45,019 nt of DNA from IMG/VR virus record IMGVR_UViG_2687453529_000004; one strand, given 5' to 3'. Below are positions 25,829 to 36,089 of this stretch, piece after piece. The notes beneath the pieces are model-generated. The model ran no database searches. It worked only from the letters and a program-made list of their open reading frames with translations, and was not told where the DNA came from. The translations under genes and the position numbers were made by a program. Each line of letters begins with the position of its first letter. The first letter of the stretch is position 1. Origin of the DNA: a virus. Taxonomy: Duplodnaviria; Heunggongvirae; Uroviricota; Caudoviricetes.

Positions 25829-26319
25829 ATCATAACGTCCGGTTTCTTCCGTGCCAGAACCGGACTCGCTGGCATGATGAAATATGTGTACCCGGTAACC
25901 CCGGTGTGCATCGTTTTTGATTATTCCCGCACACTCGCGCAGAAGGAGTTCCCCGTCGGGCTACGGTCTCTGTTAATACGGGAATACGGCGACGATACAG
26001 CGCATGATGTGTCAGGCTTGAATACCTTTATCCTTTAAAAGGGATATCAGTTAAGTTATCCCGTGTAGGGTATAAACCATTATCAAAGCCACTCTGTAGG
26101 AAGTGGCTTTTGTAATGGCAATAAAAAGCCCCGCGAATGCGAGGCTAAATCCTGGTATTTGTAATGACTGGTTCTTATCTCAACGCAGCCCCTTACCGCG
26201 CGCAAAATGCTCAATATCAAGCATCAGCAATGAGATGTTTAATCTGGATTCACTCCAGAAGTGAGCACCACCCTGTCTACAGAGCCAGATGTGAAGGATG
26301 ATGAGTAAAATTATCGCTA

Positions 26320-26787
26320 TCATCGAAGGCATTGCGTCCTGATGTATTCCTGAAGCGTTCTCAGTGCTGTTTGGTCGCGGATAATTCCGTCCCGGATACC
26401 GAGAACGTTTCGTCCAGCAACTGGAGAGAGTTCGACGGTGGCATCATTGCCCATGCCGGAGGCGCTGGAGGTTTCGGCTGAGGATGGCACAGGGCATTTT
26501 CCTTTGACGAGCACCCGACCACCATTATCAAGCTTGCGCCGAAGAGCATCATTTTCAGCTTTCGCATCAGCTAACTCCTTCGTGTATTTATCATCGAGTG
26601 CATCAGCATCACGCTGGCGCTGCTGCATGTCAGTAATGGTGGCGTTCGCCTTCTCCAGTTCACTGGCCTTGTTATCACGCTGTTCTTTGTAGGCGATTGC
26701 ATTATCACGGTAATGATTAACAGCCCATGACAGGCAGACGATGATGCAGATAACCAGAGCGGAGATAATCGCGGTTACCCTGCTCAT
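26320..26787 (-). CDS. rzpD: Spanin inner-membrane subunit Rz
   Basis: N-terminal TM segment, coiled-coil rich, directly after the endolysin gene. Confidence 0.8.
   Translation of the reverse strand: MSRVTAIISALVICIIVCLSWAVNHYRDNAIAYKEQRDNKASELEKANATITDMQQRQRDADALDDKYTKELADAKAENDALRRKLDNGGRVLVKGKCPVPSSAETSSASGMGNDATVELSPVAGRNVLGIRDGIIRDQTALRTLQEYIRTQCLR
26361..26567 (-). CDS. rzoD: Spanin outer-membrane lipoprotein Rz1, embedded in Rz in another frame
   Basis: Lipobox LIMVVGC followed by a Pro-rich segment; embedded out-of-frame in Rz. Confidence 0.7.
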   Translation of the reverse strand: MRKLKMMLFGASLIMVVGCSSKENALCHPQPKPPAPPAWAMMPPSNSLQLLDETFSVSGTELSATKQH

Positions 26788-27281
26788 TGTTGCCCCCACA
26801 AACAGACCTCACGCTCAATCTCACGACGAGTCATCAGGCCTTTCCATTGCTTACCGCCAGCGTATGCCCAGCGACGTAGCTGGTCACATGCGCCCTTGAT
26901 ATCGCCCTGGTTTATTTTGCGAAGAAGAGTAGATGTTCTGAAATTGCCTGCGCCCACGTTATAGACGAACGAGTAAAGAGCGCCGCGCGTTGTTTCCGGT
27001 ATATCGACTTTGATGTACGGGTTAATTTGTCTGGCTACCGTGGCAAGGTCTTTATTCAGGAGGGCTTTGCATTCTGCTTCGGTATACGTTTTACCGGGAA
27101 TGATGTCTTTTCCTGTATGCCCGTGACATACAGTCCATACGCCAACGATATCTTTGTATGGTATGTAGCTGACACCTTCCAGACCATCGTTACCACTTGG
27201 GCCAGTGATTAACACTGATGCTATAGCAATTGCTCCGCCACCAATAGCAGCAGCAACGGCTTTTCGTAATGATGGAGGCAT
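26784..27281 (-). CDS. rrrD: Endolysin (lysozyme, RrrD-like)
   Basis: 165 aa, N-terminal SAR-like hydrophobic segment; matches recalled DLP12 RrrD. Confidence 0.85.
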   Translation of the reverse strand: MPPSLRKAVAAAIGGGAIAIASVLITGPSGNDGLEGVSYIPYKDIVGVWTVCHGHTGKDIIPGKTYTEAECKALLNKDLATVARQINPYIKVDIPETTRGALYSFVYNVGAGNFRTSTLLRKINQGDIKGACDQLRRWAYAGGKQWKGLMTRREIEREVCLWGQQ

Positions 27282-27496
27282 TATTCACCTCTCGCAGCCT
27301 TGCGCTTATCTTCTTTAATCTTGAAATAAAGGTTTGTCAGGTACGTCAGCAGGCCAAATACCAAGCTACCCAGCACACCTATTGCTGCCCACTGTGAGGG
27401 CGTGACTTTATCGAGCAGCTGTAAAAACCAGTAGCCAGCACTGCCTGCGGAGGTGCCGTAGGCAATGCCCGTTGTTAACTTATCCATGGATTTCAT
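27281..27496 (-). CDS. essD: Holin (EssD-like)
   Basis: 71 aa with two TM segments and a charged C-terminus; matches recalled DLP12 EssD. Confidence 0.8.
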   Translation of the reverse strand: MKSMDKLTTGIAYGTSAGSAGYWFLQLLDKVTPSQWAAIGVLGSLVFGLLTYLTNLYFKIKEDKRKAARGE

Positions 27497-27683
27497 AGCC
27501 TCACCTCCGCAAATAACGGATGGTGTACACGGTTCGGAACGAAGAGGAAAGGTATAGAAGTTACATTAGCGTAAGGCTTGAACATCTATTCAAAAAGAAA
27601 AACGCCGCGATTATTCTGGCGTAGCTGAAAGCATCATACAATTATCAAATACGAAAATTACAAAATCATTAAAACGCATCACG

Positions 27684-28424
27684 TTACATCATGTCTTTTT
27701 CTAAAAAAAATCTTGATGAATATTGATGGGGAGGAACACCAAAATACCTTCTGAAAACACTTACAAAATATGACGTGTTTTCATAACTGCATATCTCAGC
27801 AACTTTTCCAACAGAATATAAATTGTAGCTTAATAACCTTTCCGCCATCACCATTCGCTCTTCAAGAATTAACTTACTAAATGATAAGCCTTCGTGCTTT
27901 AATTTTCTTTTTAACAGACTTTCACTCAGATACAGTCTTGAAGATATATCACAAAGTCTCCATGCTGCAGATATATCCGTGTGAATAATAGCCTTAACTT
28001 TACTTCCTAAACTATTAAGACATCCAAATAAAAAACTTTGCACTATTTTCTCTGAAGATAAGATAGCAAGACATGCAAGTGATATTTGATTTCTAACAAA
28101 ATCCACAGTTCTGCCATCACAATTCAAGCATGCAATCAAGTTCTTTAACAATGAAAAATCTTCACATTCCACCATCAAGTATGCCGGATAAAACCTTCTT
28201 ACAGAAAAAGGTGAGAGTGTGTTGCTTTTAAAGAAATCATTAACTGTTTTTTCTTCAACATCTACGATCATTACATGATCTATATTTGATGAAAAAAAAT
28301 CTTTTAAATTGTAATCAATGAGAACAGCACTTCCTTTTTTAAACAAAATATCTTCTTTACCAATTCGGACATCAAACGAGTTCAACACCAAAATGATAGA
28401 ACATATGTATAGCATATTATCCAC
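27684..28424 (-). CDS. AraC/XylS-family transcriptional regulator (cargo)
   Basis: 246 aa, C-terminal AraC HTH signature (...SYENTSYFVSVFRRYFGVPP); strongly AT-rich. Confidence 0.75.
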   Translation of the reverse strand: MDNMLYICSIILVLNSFDVRIGKEDILFKKGSAVLIDYNLKDFFSSNIDHVMIVDVEEKTVNDFFKSNTLSPFSVRRFYPAYLMVECEDFSLLKNLIACLNCDGRTVDFVRNQISLACLAILSSEKIVQSFLFGCLNSLGSKVKAIIHTDISAAWRLCDISSRLYLSESLLKRKLKHEGLSFSKLILEERMVMAERLLSYNLYSVGKVAEICSYENTSYFVSVFRRYFGVPPHQYSSRFFLEKDMM

Positions 28425-28766
28425 CTGATATCATTGGGGTTACACCAGGTAAGTATAGGTGGAAAATCAATATTCGCCAGTTCAACAATAAGGAAAATTT
28501 CATTGCATCACAAGTATAAAATTATGTATTTAACTCACAAAGACAAATTATTAAACCAATCTGTTATATTATATATAGCTGCGTGGAATCATAATATTAT
28601 ATATTTTGACTGGCATGTTTACTAACTTTAAGTTGCATCTCAATTGTTTCTTCAGCGTAAACAGAGTTTTTATACAAACTGACACTCTGGGTATCATAGT
28701 GTAGTTTTTACGATTGTAAATATCCTGCATGCAGGAACTCATCCTTTTGGATGATATCGCATACAA

Positions 28767-29726
28767 TTAATTTACCATCAGTCTTAGAGCCAGTTCGTCC
28801 GGATAGGGATCGAAGTAATTCTGTGTAAGCAAGTAATCATTAGGATACTCACCCAGATAATGCTTCAGCAGAGTCAACGGCGCAAGAAGAGGTAATGTGC
28901 CAGAACGATAGTTAAGTATAACCTCGCTCAACTCTTTACGCTGGCGTGTACTTAAGTAGTTACTAAAATACCCCTGTATATGCATCAGCACATTCGTGTG
29001 ATTTTTACGTGATGCAGGTTTTCTGAGAATCGCCATCAGCTTATCACGATACACCTCAAAGTATGATTCAAGGTCCGCCCACTCGTGTATTGCAGCCACA
29101 AATGGTCCCATATCTTTATAGCCTGCCTGACTATGCGCCAACAACTGAAGCTTATAACGACTATGAAAAGCTAATAACTCTCTTCTTGATAATTTCTCCT
29201 TGTAAAGGTGATTGAGCTCATGCAAAGCAAAAACTCTTTCAACAAAATTCTCACGAAGCACTGGATCATGTAATCGCCCATCCTCTTCAACCGGTAGCCA
29301 GGAAAACTTTTCCATCAAAGTGCTCGTAAATAGTCCCACTCCATCTTTACGACCTCGATTACCATTTTCATCATAGACACGCACGCGCTCCATGCCACAG
29401 CTGGGAGATTTAGCACAAACCACAAACCCCGATACATCCTTTAATTTGTCCATATAAGAACGACTAAACTCTGTCATTCTCTCTGTCACATCCTCATTCT
29501 GGTCGTGGCTGAAACACATCCGTATATTTCCTTGCGTCGAGCGCACAAGACGTAGAGCAGGACGCGGAACTGGCAGCCCTATAGCCATTTCCGGACATAC
29601 TGGTCTGAATGTTACCCATTCCACTAATTTGTCCATTAAAAAGTCAGCTCTTTTGTGACCACCATCAAAACGAACAGCAGAACCGGCCAAACAACCGCTG
29701 ATTCCAATCACAGGTTTTTTTATCAT
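28767..29726 (-). CDS. Fused DUF523-DUF1722 protein (TudS/YbgA-like) (cargo)
   Basis: 319 aa; N-terminal GISGCLAG...C...CPE cysteine pattern of DUF523, C-terminal YbgA-like region; family assignment from memory only. Confidence 0.5.
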   Translation of the reverse strand: MIKKPVIGISGCLAGSAVRFDGGHKRADFLMDKLVEWVTFRPVCPEMAIGLPVPRPALRLVRSTQGNIRMCFSHDQNEDVTERMTEFSRSYMDKLKDVSGFVVCAKSPSCGMERVRVYDENGNRGRKDGVGLFTSTLMEKFSWLPVEEDGRLHDPVLRENFVERVFALHELNHLYKEKLSRRELLAFHSRYKLQLLAHSQAGYKDMGPFVAAIHEWADLESYFEVYRDKLMAILRKPASRKNHTNVLMHIQGYFSNYLSTRQRKELSEVILNYRSGTLPLLAPLTLLKHYLGEYPNDYLLTQNYFDPYPDELALRLMVN

Positions 29727-29918
29727 ATTCTCCCCCTTGACTAATTCATTAACACATAAACTGTGTAGTGCACGGAATAAATTGCCTTTCTGGCGTCATC
29801 ACTGACAATTTTTCTGTTATGGACTATTCCTAATATAGTATGAAAGTTCTTTAAGTGATCGGTCGTAATCATCTATCTTTCATACTTACTCTCAACTATC
29901 AAAAGTACAGGATTTATT

Positions 29919-30443
29919 ATGAAGTTATGGCCTGTGTTGACTGGCATTGCACTCTCTTTCACTCTTATAGCATGTAAGGCCCCGACACCACCTAAAGGTG
30001 TGCAGCCGATTACAAATTTTGACGCCAACCGCTACCTCGGAAAATGGTATGAAATAGCTCGCCTCGAGAACCGGTTCGAACGTGGTCTGGAACAGGTCAG
30101 CGCTACTTATGGAAAACGGAACGACGGAGGGATTCGTGTACTTAACCGTGGATACGATCCAACGAAAAATAAATGGAGCGAGAGCGAAGGTAAAGCATAC
30201 TTTACTGGAGATACTAAAACTGCAGCATTGAAGGTTTCGTTTTTTGGCCCCTTCTATGGTGGCTATAATGTAATCAAACTGGATGATGAGTATAAGTATG
30301 CTCTTGTCAGTGGTCCGAACAGAGAATACCTATGGATTCTGGCAAGGACCCCAACTATTCCAGATAAAGTAAAAGCAGACTATGTGCGAACCGCTCAAAA
30401 GTTGGGATTCAATGTCAATGAATTATTATGGGTTAAACAATAA
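29919..30443 (+). CDS. blc: Outer-membrane lipoprotein lipocalin Blc homologue (cargo)
   Basis: 174 aa; lipobox LIAC; conserved lipocalin motifs NFDxxRYLGxWYEIAR and KVSFFGPFYGGYNVI. Confidence 0.8.
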   Translation: MKLWPVLTGIALSFTLIACKAPTPPKGVQPITNFDANRYLGKWYEIARLENRFERGLEQVSATYGKRNDGGIRVLNRGYDPTKNKWSESEGKAYFTGDTKTAALKVSFFGPFYGGYNVIKLDDEYKYALVSGPNREYLWILARTPTIPDKVKADYVRTAQKLGFNVNELLWVKQ

Positions 30444-30471
30444 AATCCCTACCCGAAATAATACTTATTAG

Positions 30472-30500
30472 AAAAAAACCAGCCTTTGGGGAGGCTGGCT
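30472..30500 (-). terminator. Rho-independent terminator downstream of Q (tR'-like)
   Basis: Minus-strand hairpin CCAGCCT-N6-AGGCTGG followed by a T7 run. Confidence 0.45.
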
Positions 30501-30598
30501 AAATCAGGAAACAAGCTGTTATATGATAATAACTACGTTGCGATTCCAACATTTAAAATGTTAGACTAATGACAATCAGACAGCAACTTTTCCTTTAA

Positions 30599-30991
30599 TT
30601 ATTTCGAACAATCAGCATCCATCTCCAATCGGAGATCCAACACCATCAGCATACCCTCCACTACGCCCTCAGCTTTCTGAAGCATCCTGCCAACCCAACA
30701 ATCAGATCGCCCATGCTTACGTGCAAGCGCCATAAAAGTCATGCCGCCGACATAATAGTCCACCAATAAATCATGCAAATCGCTGTTGTTCTTTTTCAGA
30801 CGGGCCATGCACCCGCAAATGATCATCGCGTCATCGTCACAACATTGTGGGCGAGATTTTACTTTTGAAGTAATTAATCCCTTAAAACCGGCGGCAATGG
30901 ACGACCAGGTCACATCTTCATGATTATTAGCCGCCCACGCTCCCCAACGCTCAAGAACCATCTGAATATCACGCATCAACTTACTCCACAA
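30599..30991 (-). CDS. quuD: Late-gene antiterminator Q (QuuD-like)
   Basis: ~125-130 aa with Cys-rich zinc-binding segment; located between rusA and the lysis region; start codon uncertain. Confidence 0.7.
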   Translation of the reverse strand: MWSKLMRDIQMVLERWGAWAANNHEDVTWSSIAAGFKGLITSKVKSRPQCCDDDAMIICGCMARLKKNNSDLHDLLVDYYVGGMTFMALARKHGRSDCWVGRMLQKAEGVVEGMLMVLDLRLEMDADCSK

Positions 30992-31198
30992 AAATCAGAC
31001 CAGAACGCCAATTACAAGCAAAAATCAACGAAACAGTATTAGTTGATTGTTATCTCTGACTTCATACTCCTGCTCCTGTCAGGGTTTTGGCGTAATTCTT
31101 CAGTATTCGGTAATCGGTCAAAACAGAACCGGGGAAACGATATAAGCGCAGACGCCCCCAGCGGTGGCGAAGACGTTCTGCCATATAAAACTCAAACA

Positions 31199-31561
31199 TC
31201 ATTCATTCCCCATTTCGGTGATGGTCAGTTCCAGCCTCCCACCTTTGGTAACAGGCATCTTCACAACGCGGTAATCAACGACCTGAGCATCATCCAGCCA
31301 GAAACCTGCTTTAGTGAGTGCGTCAAAAGCGGCTTTTTGCAGATTATCCAGGTCACGGCGACGGCGATCCGGCATGTGGCACTCAATGCGGATTTTCACA
31401 GGCATAGCCAGGCCGATATCCAGCATTGCGTTTTTAATGATTCGGGCGACGTTATCGCGGTATGCCTGCCCCTCTGCGCTGACGTGCGTGCGCCCGCGAT
31501 TATGGCGGTAATAGCGATTATTGCTCGGAGGCCAGGGTAATGTGATGCTGTAGGTATTCAC
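31199..31561 (-). CDS. rusA: Holliday junction resolvase RusA
   Basis: 120 aa, matches recalled RusA. Confidence 0.85.
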   Translation of the reverse strand: MNTYSITLPWPPSNNRYYRHNRGRTHVSAEGQAYRDNVARIIKNAMLDIGLAMPVKIRIECHMPDRRRRDLDNLQKAAFDALTKAGFWLDDAQVVDYRVVKMPVTKGGRLELTITEMGNE

Positions 31562-31848
31562 GCCTTAATAACCCCCTCTTTCAGCCAGATAACCTGTGTT
31601 CTCGCCATACCTTCCAGCGCGCATTCTTTTGCATATGCAGCATCGACAAAATGTGTGCGGCGGTCGATTTCGTCGTGGCAGGCAGAACATGCAATGGTGG
31701 CAATCAGGTCTGGCGGTTTGGTACCGGTGCCGCACAATCCAGTCAGCCGGATATGTGCCAGTACAGACGTTTCAGGGTTGCCATTACATACGCCAGGGAT
31801 TCTTACCTGGCATTCCCGACTACGCGCTGCTTTTCTCAAATCAGCCAT
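31558..31848 (-). CDS. ybcO: YbcO-like protein (DUF1364, putative nuclease)
   Basis: 96 aa from [13 protein letters not shown], Cys-rich; DLP12 ybcO-like. Confidence 0.6.
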   Translation of the reverse strand: MADLRKAARSRECQVRIPGVCNGNPETSVLAHIRLTGLCGTGTKPPDLIATIACSACHDEIDRRTHFVDAAYAKECALEGMARTQVIWLKEGVIKA

Positions 31849-32011
31849 GATTCCTCCTTGCTGCCAGTCGCAACCATTTTTTATCAACCAGGCTGGCGGT
31901 ATATCCGAGCAGTGTTGGTATTTCGGAAGGCTTCAGCTCCGGTTTACGCTTACGACGATCTGGTACTCTGTAGATGTGTCCGTTCATGACACGAATAAGC
32001 GGTGTAGCCAT
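31841..32011 (-). CDS. ninE: NinE protein
   Basis: Hand-translated 56 aa [35 protein letters not shown]... (below the ORF-track cutoff); overlaps ybcN stop and ybcO start. Confidence 0.7.
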   Translation of the reverse strand: MATPLIRVMNGHIYRVPDRRKRKPELKPSEIPTLLGYTASLVDKKWLRLAARRNHG

Positions 32012-32466
32012 TACGCCTCCTGCTTGTCGCGGAGCAGCTGGAACTCGCAGCTCTGCGGAATAGTCAGGTGGCAGCCAATATTCACCGCCCAGGCTTCAAC
32101 CTTACACAGGAAGACATACATCTCTCCGGTATCAAGATCGGAGGTATGGCGTAACGACTGGATAGTGGTGATATCACCGGTTACGACATCAACCAGGTCT
32201 TTGGTTTCATAACCGAGATATGTGTGTTTGAGAGCATCTTTTACCCAAGCTGGAGTAGCGAACGTTTTACCCCTGCTGATGAGGTATTCACTGATTTCGC
32301 TGTACCACATGTGGCTGAGTGCATTCTGGGAAAGACTGCGTTTCTCACGCCACGGTTTAAGCACCATGCGAAAGCATTTGCCCTCCTCCAGATAAGGCTG
32401 GATCTGCCGACCGATAGCGGTGAAGTTACCGCGATGTAATTTGATGCCATCTTGTGGGAGATTCAC
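32011..32466 (-). CDS. ybcN: NinB/YbcN-like recombination protein
   Basis: 151 aa, DLP12 ybcN-like. Confidence 0.7.
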   Translation of the reverse strand: MNLPQDGIKLHRGNFTAIGRQIQPYLEEGKCFRMVLKPWREKRSLSQNALSHMWYSEISEYLISRGKTFATPAWVKDALKHTYLGYETKDLVDVVTGDITTIQSLRHTSDLDTGEMYVFLCKVEAWAVNIGCHLTIPQSCEFQLLRDKQEA

Positions 32467-32653
32467 GCTTCACCTCCGCAGAGGTCAAACGCTGGATACA
32501 ATATATCGCAGGTGCATTTCTGCATCTGTGGAGGGAGAAGAGAGTTTGGATTGTGTGTGCGCATAAACGTCCCCGTTTAGCGCAGAAGTCACCGGAGTTG
32601 TTCAGGCTCCGATGACATGATTATGGCGAGTTGATTATCGCAAATCAAAGGTT

Positions 32654-33010
32654 TTAATTGTGCTTTATTCCTTCAAGCGTTGCCTTCATACCAACCAAAG
32701 AAATGTTTAGCTCTCCAACTTTCTCAGGGCTATATAATTCAGAATGAAGCCAATATTCTGATTTATCTAAACATCTTTTAGCCAGCTCTCGATCAAAGTC
32801 TACGACTTGGGAAGACGCTTCATACCAAAGTCTATAAAGTTTTTCTTCTTCGTTTGGGTTATTAGGCTCACCACGTTTTAATTTTTCAGTATATAAAATT
32901 GTTGAATAAATCGCAGGAGTTAATCCAGTGATTGCCCTCTGCCGCAGATCGGATTTGTTTGTTATCCACCCCAACAGACGATCTCCCATCCATGTGATAA
33001 TTGTATCCAT
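32654..33010 (-). CDS. Hypothetical protein (118 aa)
   Basis: ORF with GAAGGG RBS-like sequence 8 nt upstream; no family recognised. Confidence 0.4.
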   Translation of the reverse strand: MDTIITWMGDRLLGWITNKSDLRQRAITGLTPAIYSTILYTEKLKRGEPNNPNEEEKLYRLWYEASSQVVDFDRELAKRCLDKSEYWLHSELYSPEKVGELNISLVGMKATLEGIKHN

Positions 33011-33471
33011 GCTTTAGCCCTTCTTAGTAAATAGTGTGTAGGGCGACTGAAGGACCGAGTTTATGCTTTTTCGCATTGCTTTCAGTTAGTACACCGGTAT
33101 CGCACCGGAAACAATCCTACGGCAAATTGGTTGTCTGACCTCTCGGTTTTTCGTGCATTAACCGATACCCACTACAGTCTCGGCGAAAGCTGCACACCCC
33201 CAGGGTGTACTGGTAGCACTCGGCACAGCCTAGCACGCCACTTTCTTCTCACTATCCAGTCTAATTTTATCCCCTAGTCAGACACTCAGATGTAGTGCTC
33301 CGCAGCGGCATGCGGGGGAATACAAAAACTCGGACAAAATTGGGCCCTCCTTTTTGAATCACTCGCGGGGATGTAGTTATTAATACATGGAAAAAGATCT
33401 GTTTTCAAATCCAACATTATATGGTTTCAATACCACGGGGTGGCTATGTGTTTCTCATTGTTAATTGGAAT
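33011..33471 (-). other. ORF-free, hairpin-rich segment (candidate ncRNA, leader or decayed gene)
   Basis: No ORF of 60 aa or more in any frame; GC-rich inverted repeats; minus-strand promoter-like TTGAAA-16-TATTAA at ~33381-33408. Confidence 0.3.
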
Positions 33472-33795
33472 CTACTGTAATCGATCCGAACGTAAATGCG
33501 GCAAAACTCGACTCCACTTATCATCCTGCCACGGCCGGAATTTTACATGTGCCGTTTCTCTGGCAAGGATTGCCTGTGCCTTATTGAGTATCTGGGGATA
33601 TTCTTGCTCGATAGAAGTGAAGCGACCAGCTTCACGATGCTCCGCAACCTGAAGAAGAGGAGTAACGTTCTGGTAGGTAATTAACATCACATTCCCTGCT
33701 CGCCATAACCAGGCGAGTGTGCAAAGTTCGTTATCAGTGAATTGTTTTGTGATTGGGTATTGTTGAACTGCTAGAACGAGAACGCCAGCATCCAT
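33472..33795 (-). CDS. Hypothetical protein (107 aa)
   Basis: ORF only; no family recognised. Confidence 0.4.
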   Translation of the reverse strand: MDAGVLVLAVQQYPITKQFTDNELCTLAWLWRAGNVMLITYQNVTPLLQVAEHREAGRFTSIEQEYPQILNKAQAILARETAHVKFRPWQDDKWSRVLPHLRSDRLQ

Positions 33796-33906
33796 TGGCA
33801 GTCTCTATAGTAAAACCATAGCTCAGGACGCTTCGTTCAGGATAGATAATTTTATTGTACTTACCTAACTTTCTTACTATAGCACGGTTGAAAAAGTGAT
33901 TATTAC

Positions 33907-35433
33907 TCAAAAATAAACCTCACCATCAACCATATATTTGAGAGTACTTATCGCCTGCTGGGCGGATATTGTTTTCATTAAAGGATAGTGTTTAAAAACA
34001 ATGCCATTCATAAAATAGATATCACAGGTTTTATTATCTGTATTGATTATGATTTTTTCGAATGTTTTATAGGCAAGTGTACGACATAGCTCTCGCCCAT
34101 TTTTACTGGTTAAGTCAATAGCATGAAAATCACCAAGTGAACTCACCGCTTTACTCTTCAAAGTTTTTAATGATACAGAAGCCCTTCGTAATTCCTTATC
34201 TAATACTCTGATTTTTTCTGCTATAGCGGTAACTTCAGGCGCAACAGATAATGCAGCAATTAAATTATTAATTTTCATCTGGAGCTCAATAATTTTCAAC
34301 TCTAAAGTTTCATTAGCATCTTTCTTGTTTTCAACTGGTTGGATTTTACTACAATTAAAAAGCAACTCATTAATGATATTATAATCAACCAAATCTCTCT
34401 TTATTGATGGCCTGTCACATCGATGCAGTCTTCTCATCGGACAAACATAATAGCCATGCAAACTTCCAGATACCGCATGAACAATCATGGTATTACCACA
34501 AGCCTCGCACTTCATAACTGTTCGAAGTAGATTTATCAACATAGGATTTTTGCTACTATTGCTAATACCAAAAGGTGCCAACCGAATTTCCTGTACAGCG
34601 TAAAACAAATCATCTGATATGACTCTGGGATAATAGCCAGCGATTTCACTTATTCCTTTACCTCTTGCACGATATGAAGGTACGCATATACCTATCAGAG
34701 CTTTATTCGCTAATAATTTTTCAATTACAGAAGGTCCCCATGCACTTTCTTTTCCTGAGAAATTCTTTACAGCATGATCATTTAAATACTTGGCTATTGC
34801 ATTCAATGAGCGCCTTTCCATCCTGAGTTTAAAAATTAGCTCAATAGTTTTCACCCTGTCGGGGTCTGGAACAAAAGCCGTTCTTTTGTCATCTAAGGAG
34901 AGCCATCTCGGACAAGACGCCGTCATAATCGTACCTGATTCCAGTGCATCCTGCCGTTTTTTCTTCCATGATAATTTAACCCGACTTGACTTTATCTCGC
35001 TTTCTTCATTTGCCCTTTGTGCTATAAGTATGGCTTTTATTAATGAATATGGCTCATTCAAAGAGTCAATATTATAGACTGTATTGTCGCAAAGAGTTAT
35101 AACATCAATACCGTGATTCAAAATCAATTTCAGACGTTCAATCGCTTCACCGACTTTTTCTCTTGAAAGTCTGTCCAGACTTTCAACTAACAATGTAGTT
35201 CCTGGCAATATATAACCATGCTCTATAGCATCTAAAAATTCCGAAAAAGCTCCTGATTGTGCATGCTTTCCTTTGAATGCACTTAATCCTAAATCTTCAT
35301 ATGTTATGGTATCAAGATAATAATCACTATTTACCTTTAACCATTCAGCAATAAGTCTTCTCTGTCGGTTTAATGAGTCGCCAGACATCTGACCTGGTGA
35401 TGAAAATCGCATATATGCTATGGCTTTTTTCAT
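33907..35433 (-). CDS. ybcK: Large serine recombinase (YbcK-like)
   Basis: 508 aa; N-terminal resolvase catalytic domain (YMRFSSPGQ... Ser nucleophile), C-terminal recombinase/zinc-ribbon/coiled-coil; matches recalled DLP12 YbcK. Confidence 0.85.
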   Translation of the reverse strand: MKKAIAYMRFSSPGQMSGDSLNRQRRLIAEWLKVNSDYYLDTITYEDLGLSAFKGKHAQSGAFSEFLDAIEHGYILPGTTLLVESLDRLSREKVGEAIERLKLILNHGIDVITLCDNTVYNIDSLNEPYSLIKAILIAQRANEESEIKSSRVKLSWKKKRQDALESGTIMTASCPRWLSLDDKRTAFVPDPDRVKTIELIFKLRMERRSLNAIAKYLNDHAVKNFSGKESAWGPSVIEKLLANKALIGICVPSYRARGKGISEIAGYYPRVISDDLFYAVQEIRLAPFGISNSSKNPMLINLLRTVMKCEACGNTMIVHAVSGSLHGYYVCPMRRLHRCDRPSIKRDLVDYNIINELLFNCSKIQPVENKKDANETLELKIIELQMKINNLIAALSVAPEVTAIAEKIRVLDKELRRASVSLKTLKSKAVSSLGDFHAIDLTSKNGRELCRTLAYKTFEKIIINTDNKTCDIYFMNGIVFKHYPLMKTISAQQAISTLKYMVDGEVYF

Positions 35434-35620
35434 GGTGACACCTGCTAACGTATGCTTTTATAAACCTTAGTGGTGGGATATAATTTTTGTTTAATTTTTA
35501 TTTAAAAAGACAATTAAGGTCACATTATCTTGAATATACAACAATAATCGTATTGCAATTTTCTTACGCCATAATCTTGAAAGCACAAAAGAATACATAA
35601 AAAAATAAAGACATTAACAA

Positions 35621-35665
35621 AAAGCATAAAACGAGGCTCATATAAATATAAGAGCCTCCATATTT
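35621..35665 (-). terminator. Rho-independent terminator downstream of emrE
   Basis: Hairpin GAGGCTC-N12-GAGCCTC followed by a U-rich run on the minus strand. Confidence 0.4.
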
Positions 35666-35689
35666 TAGTCGTTTAGAAACAAATTATTT

Positions 35690-36022
35690 TTAATGTGGTG
35701 TGCTTCGTGACAATAAATTAATAACCAACACACCGGCACAAATCAACATCATGCCTATAATGGCTGGCAGGTCCAGCCGTTGGCCGAAAAGTCCCCATGA
35801 CAGTAAGCTAATCAGGACAATACCGACTCCTGACCAGATAGCATAAGCAATCCCTGTAGGAATATAAGCCAGCGTCTGAGCTAATAACCAGAATGATGCA
35901 CAATAACAAATAATTGTACCAACAGATGGCCATAACCGTGTAAAACCTTCTGAAAACTTCATTAAGGTTGTACCAATGACCTCTGCAAGTATTGCACCAC
36001 CAAGATAAATATAAGGGTTCAT
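35690..36022 (-). CDS. emrE: Small multidrug resistance efflux transporter EmrE
   Basis: 110 aa from MNPYIYLGGAILAEVIGTT; four TM segments, conserved Glu14; matches recalled EmrE. Confidence 0.85.
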   Translation of the reverse strand: MNPYIYLGGAILAEVIGTTLMKFSEGFTRLWPSVGTIICYCASFWLLAQTLAYIPTGIAYAIWSGVGIVLISLLSWGLFGQRLDLPAIIGMMLICAGVLVINLLSRSTPH

Positions 36023-36089
36023 AGAATATTCTTTCCTGTTCAAACTGGAGAGAATTGTACTACAGTTTGAACTCAACTCACCTGTTTCA

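Noticed and set aside
30992-31198. Expected small ylcG-like gene between rusA and Q
   Set aside because: No ORF listed above the threshold and not verified by hand; not annotated
33011-33471. Possible tRNA, tmRNA, RNase P RNA or retron ncRNA in the ORF-free segment
   Set aside because: No GTTCRANNC T-loop motif or cloverleaf found by eye; no reverse transcriptase gene nearby for a retron; no resemblance to recalled tmRNA, 6S or RNase P sequences. Kept only as an unassigned candidate
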